A stretch of DNA of 60,075 nucleotides from Minisyncoccota bacterium (GTDB taxonomy: Bacteria; Patescibacteriota; Microgenomatia; UBA1400; PJMF01), in contig JAACWQ010000007.1 of assembly GCA_009991965.1 (NCBI GenBank), positions 1 to 60,075 on the forward strand, written 5' to 3'. How positions within the stretch are numbered: position 1 is the first letter of the stretch; each line of letters begins with the position of its first letter. Below, piece by piece: positions 59,494 to 60,075 of the stretch. The translations under genes were made by a program, and so were the position numbers. Below the pieces are notes generated by a model. That model was not told the origin of the DNA. It did not search any database and saw only the letters and a program-made list of their open reading frames with translations.

Positions 59494-59973
59494 TTAGCCA
59501 CTTATTGGCCGCACATTGTTGAATAAATCTTCGTAAGAAGTAAATCCGAGGAATTTGAGAACGATAATAAAAATAGCCCAAGATGCGGCAACAATAACAA
59601 GGCCGATTACGGCAGCAACAATTTTACTTCGAGCTTCGCCTGTTTTGCCCTTGTCTCCGCCAGAAGTCATCCAGGCAAAAGCCGCAGTCACAAGCTGTAG
59701 CAATACGAGCAGAGCGCAGAGAAGCATCACGATTGTCAAAATCGAAGTAATCAGGGTGCCAATATCGGGAGAGTAGCCTTTGTAAAGCACGATATCTCCC
59801 TGAGGATAAGCGCTGCTGGTCGCTGAGCTTGACGCTGCTTGTGTAGACAAATACATGCTATCTCCAGATCGCACAACGCCAAGCGAGGTACCACTGGCAA
59901 ATATAGTACTAGGAGCTGCGGACAAAAGAAGAGCGGTGAGAAACAATGTTGCTTTTTGATACCCTTTGATCAT
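59494..59973 (-). CDS. VirB2/TrbC-like T4SS pilin candidate (159 aa), paralogue
   Basis: Signal peptide, then TM1 (LITSILTIVMLLCALLVLLQLVTAAFAWMT), an SGGDKGKTGEARSK loop and TM2 (AAVIGLVIVAASWAIFIIVL). Same SGGD loop as its neighbour. Confidence 0.6.
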   Translation of the reverse strand: MIKGYQKATLFLTALLLSAAPSTIFASGTSLGVVRSGDSMYLSTQAASSSATSSAYPQGDIVLYKGYSPDIGTLITSILTIVMLLCALLVLLQLVTAAFAWMTSGGDKGKTGEARSKIVAAVIGLVIVAASWAIFIIVLKFLGFTSYEDLFNNVRPISG

Positions 59974-60075
59974 GTTGGGTAGTATACAACATTATAAGCC
60001 TAATTGGACAAAAGAGTTACGTTCCACTCACGTTCACAATATTTAAGAACAGATCTTGGTAACTAGAAAAGCCCA

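Noticed and set aside
1-60075. CRISPR array, diversity-generating retroelement or retron
   Set aside because: No regularly spaced short repeats were seen anywhere. No reverse transcriptase ORF is present. The RNase H at 30870-31283 is a stand-alone housekeeping-type enzyme in the yidC-jag operon. No template/variable repeat pair was noticed for the fibre-like gene.
1-60075. Alternative genetic code (UGA recoding, as in some CPR lineages)
   Set aside because: Well-supported genes end at TGA at the expected lengths (for example tacT at 53207-53209 and the higB-like gene at 54451-54453). Long conserved genes are intact under the standard code.

Overview
This window looks like the replication-origin neighbourhood of a small-genome, Gram-positive-type bacterium. 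Gene content suggests a CPR/Patescibacteria-like organism, but that is inference only. The core genes are mostly on the minus strand: obg, a LysM-M23 peptidase, rho, radA, valS (plus strand), bL25, a DUF4012 protein, and a fully co-linear dnaA-dnaN-rpmH-rnpA-yidD-yidC-jag-rnhA string. DnaA-box clusters lie between dnaA and dnaN and in the dnaA promoter.

Accessory content:
1. A 2.5-8.0 kb island is wedged between a fibre-like surface-protein gene and a pilin operon. It holds an orphan RHH antitoxin-like gene, three highly divergent AAA/DUF4143 ATPase-nuclease paralogues and an AbiE pair in inverted gene order. The first two units are delimited by three copies of the last ~40 nt of the fibre gene.
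2. Three tandem type IV pilin-like genes face an O-antigen-ligase-like/TPR membrane protein.
3. A Gram-positive-type type IV secretion (T4SS)-like apparatus is scattered over three loci: 36.1-45.2 kb (directly abutting dnaA), 50.6-52.3 kb and 54.8-60.0 kb. It includes a split VirB4, a PrgI/VirB3-like fusion, two ~1,425-aa giant proteins and two VirB2-like pilins. No coupling ATPase, relaxase or integrase is visible in the window.
4. TA modules (vapBC x2, tacAT, higBA-like) are interleaved with these loci. The higBA-like cassette is flanked by a perfect 15-bp duplication of a neighbouring gene end.

I recognised no rRNA, tRNA, CRISPR array, transposase, integrase or reverse transcriptase. The leads I rank highest are the origin-adjacent, relaxase-less T4SS-like system and the recurrent gene-3'-end duplications that flank small promoter-bearing cassettes.
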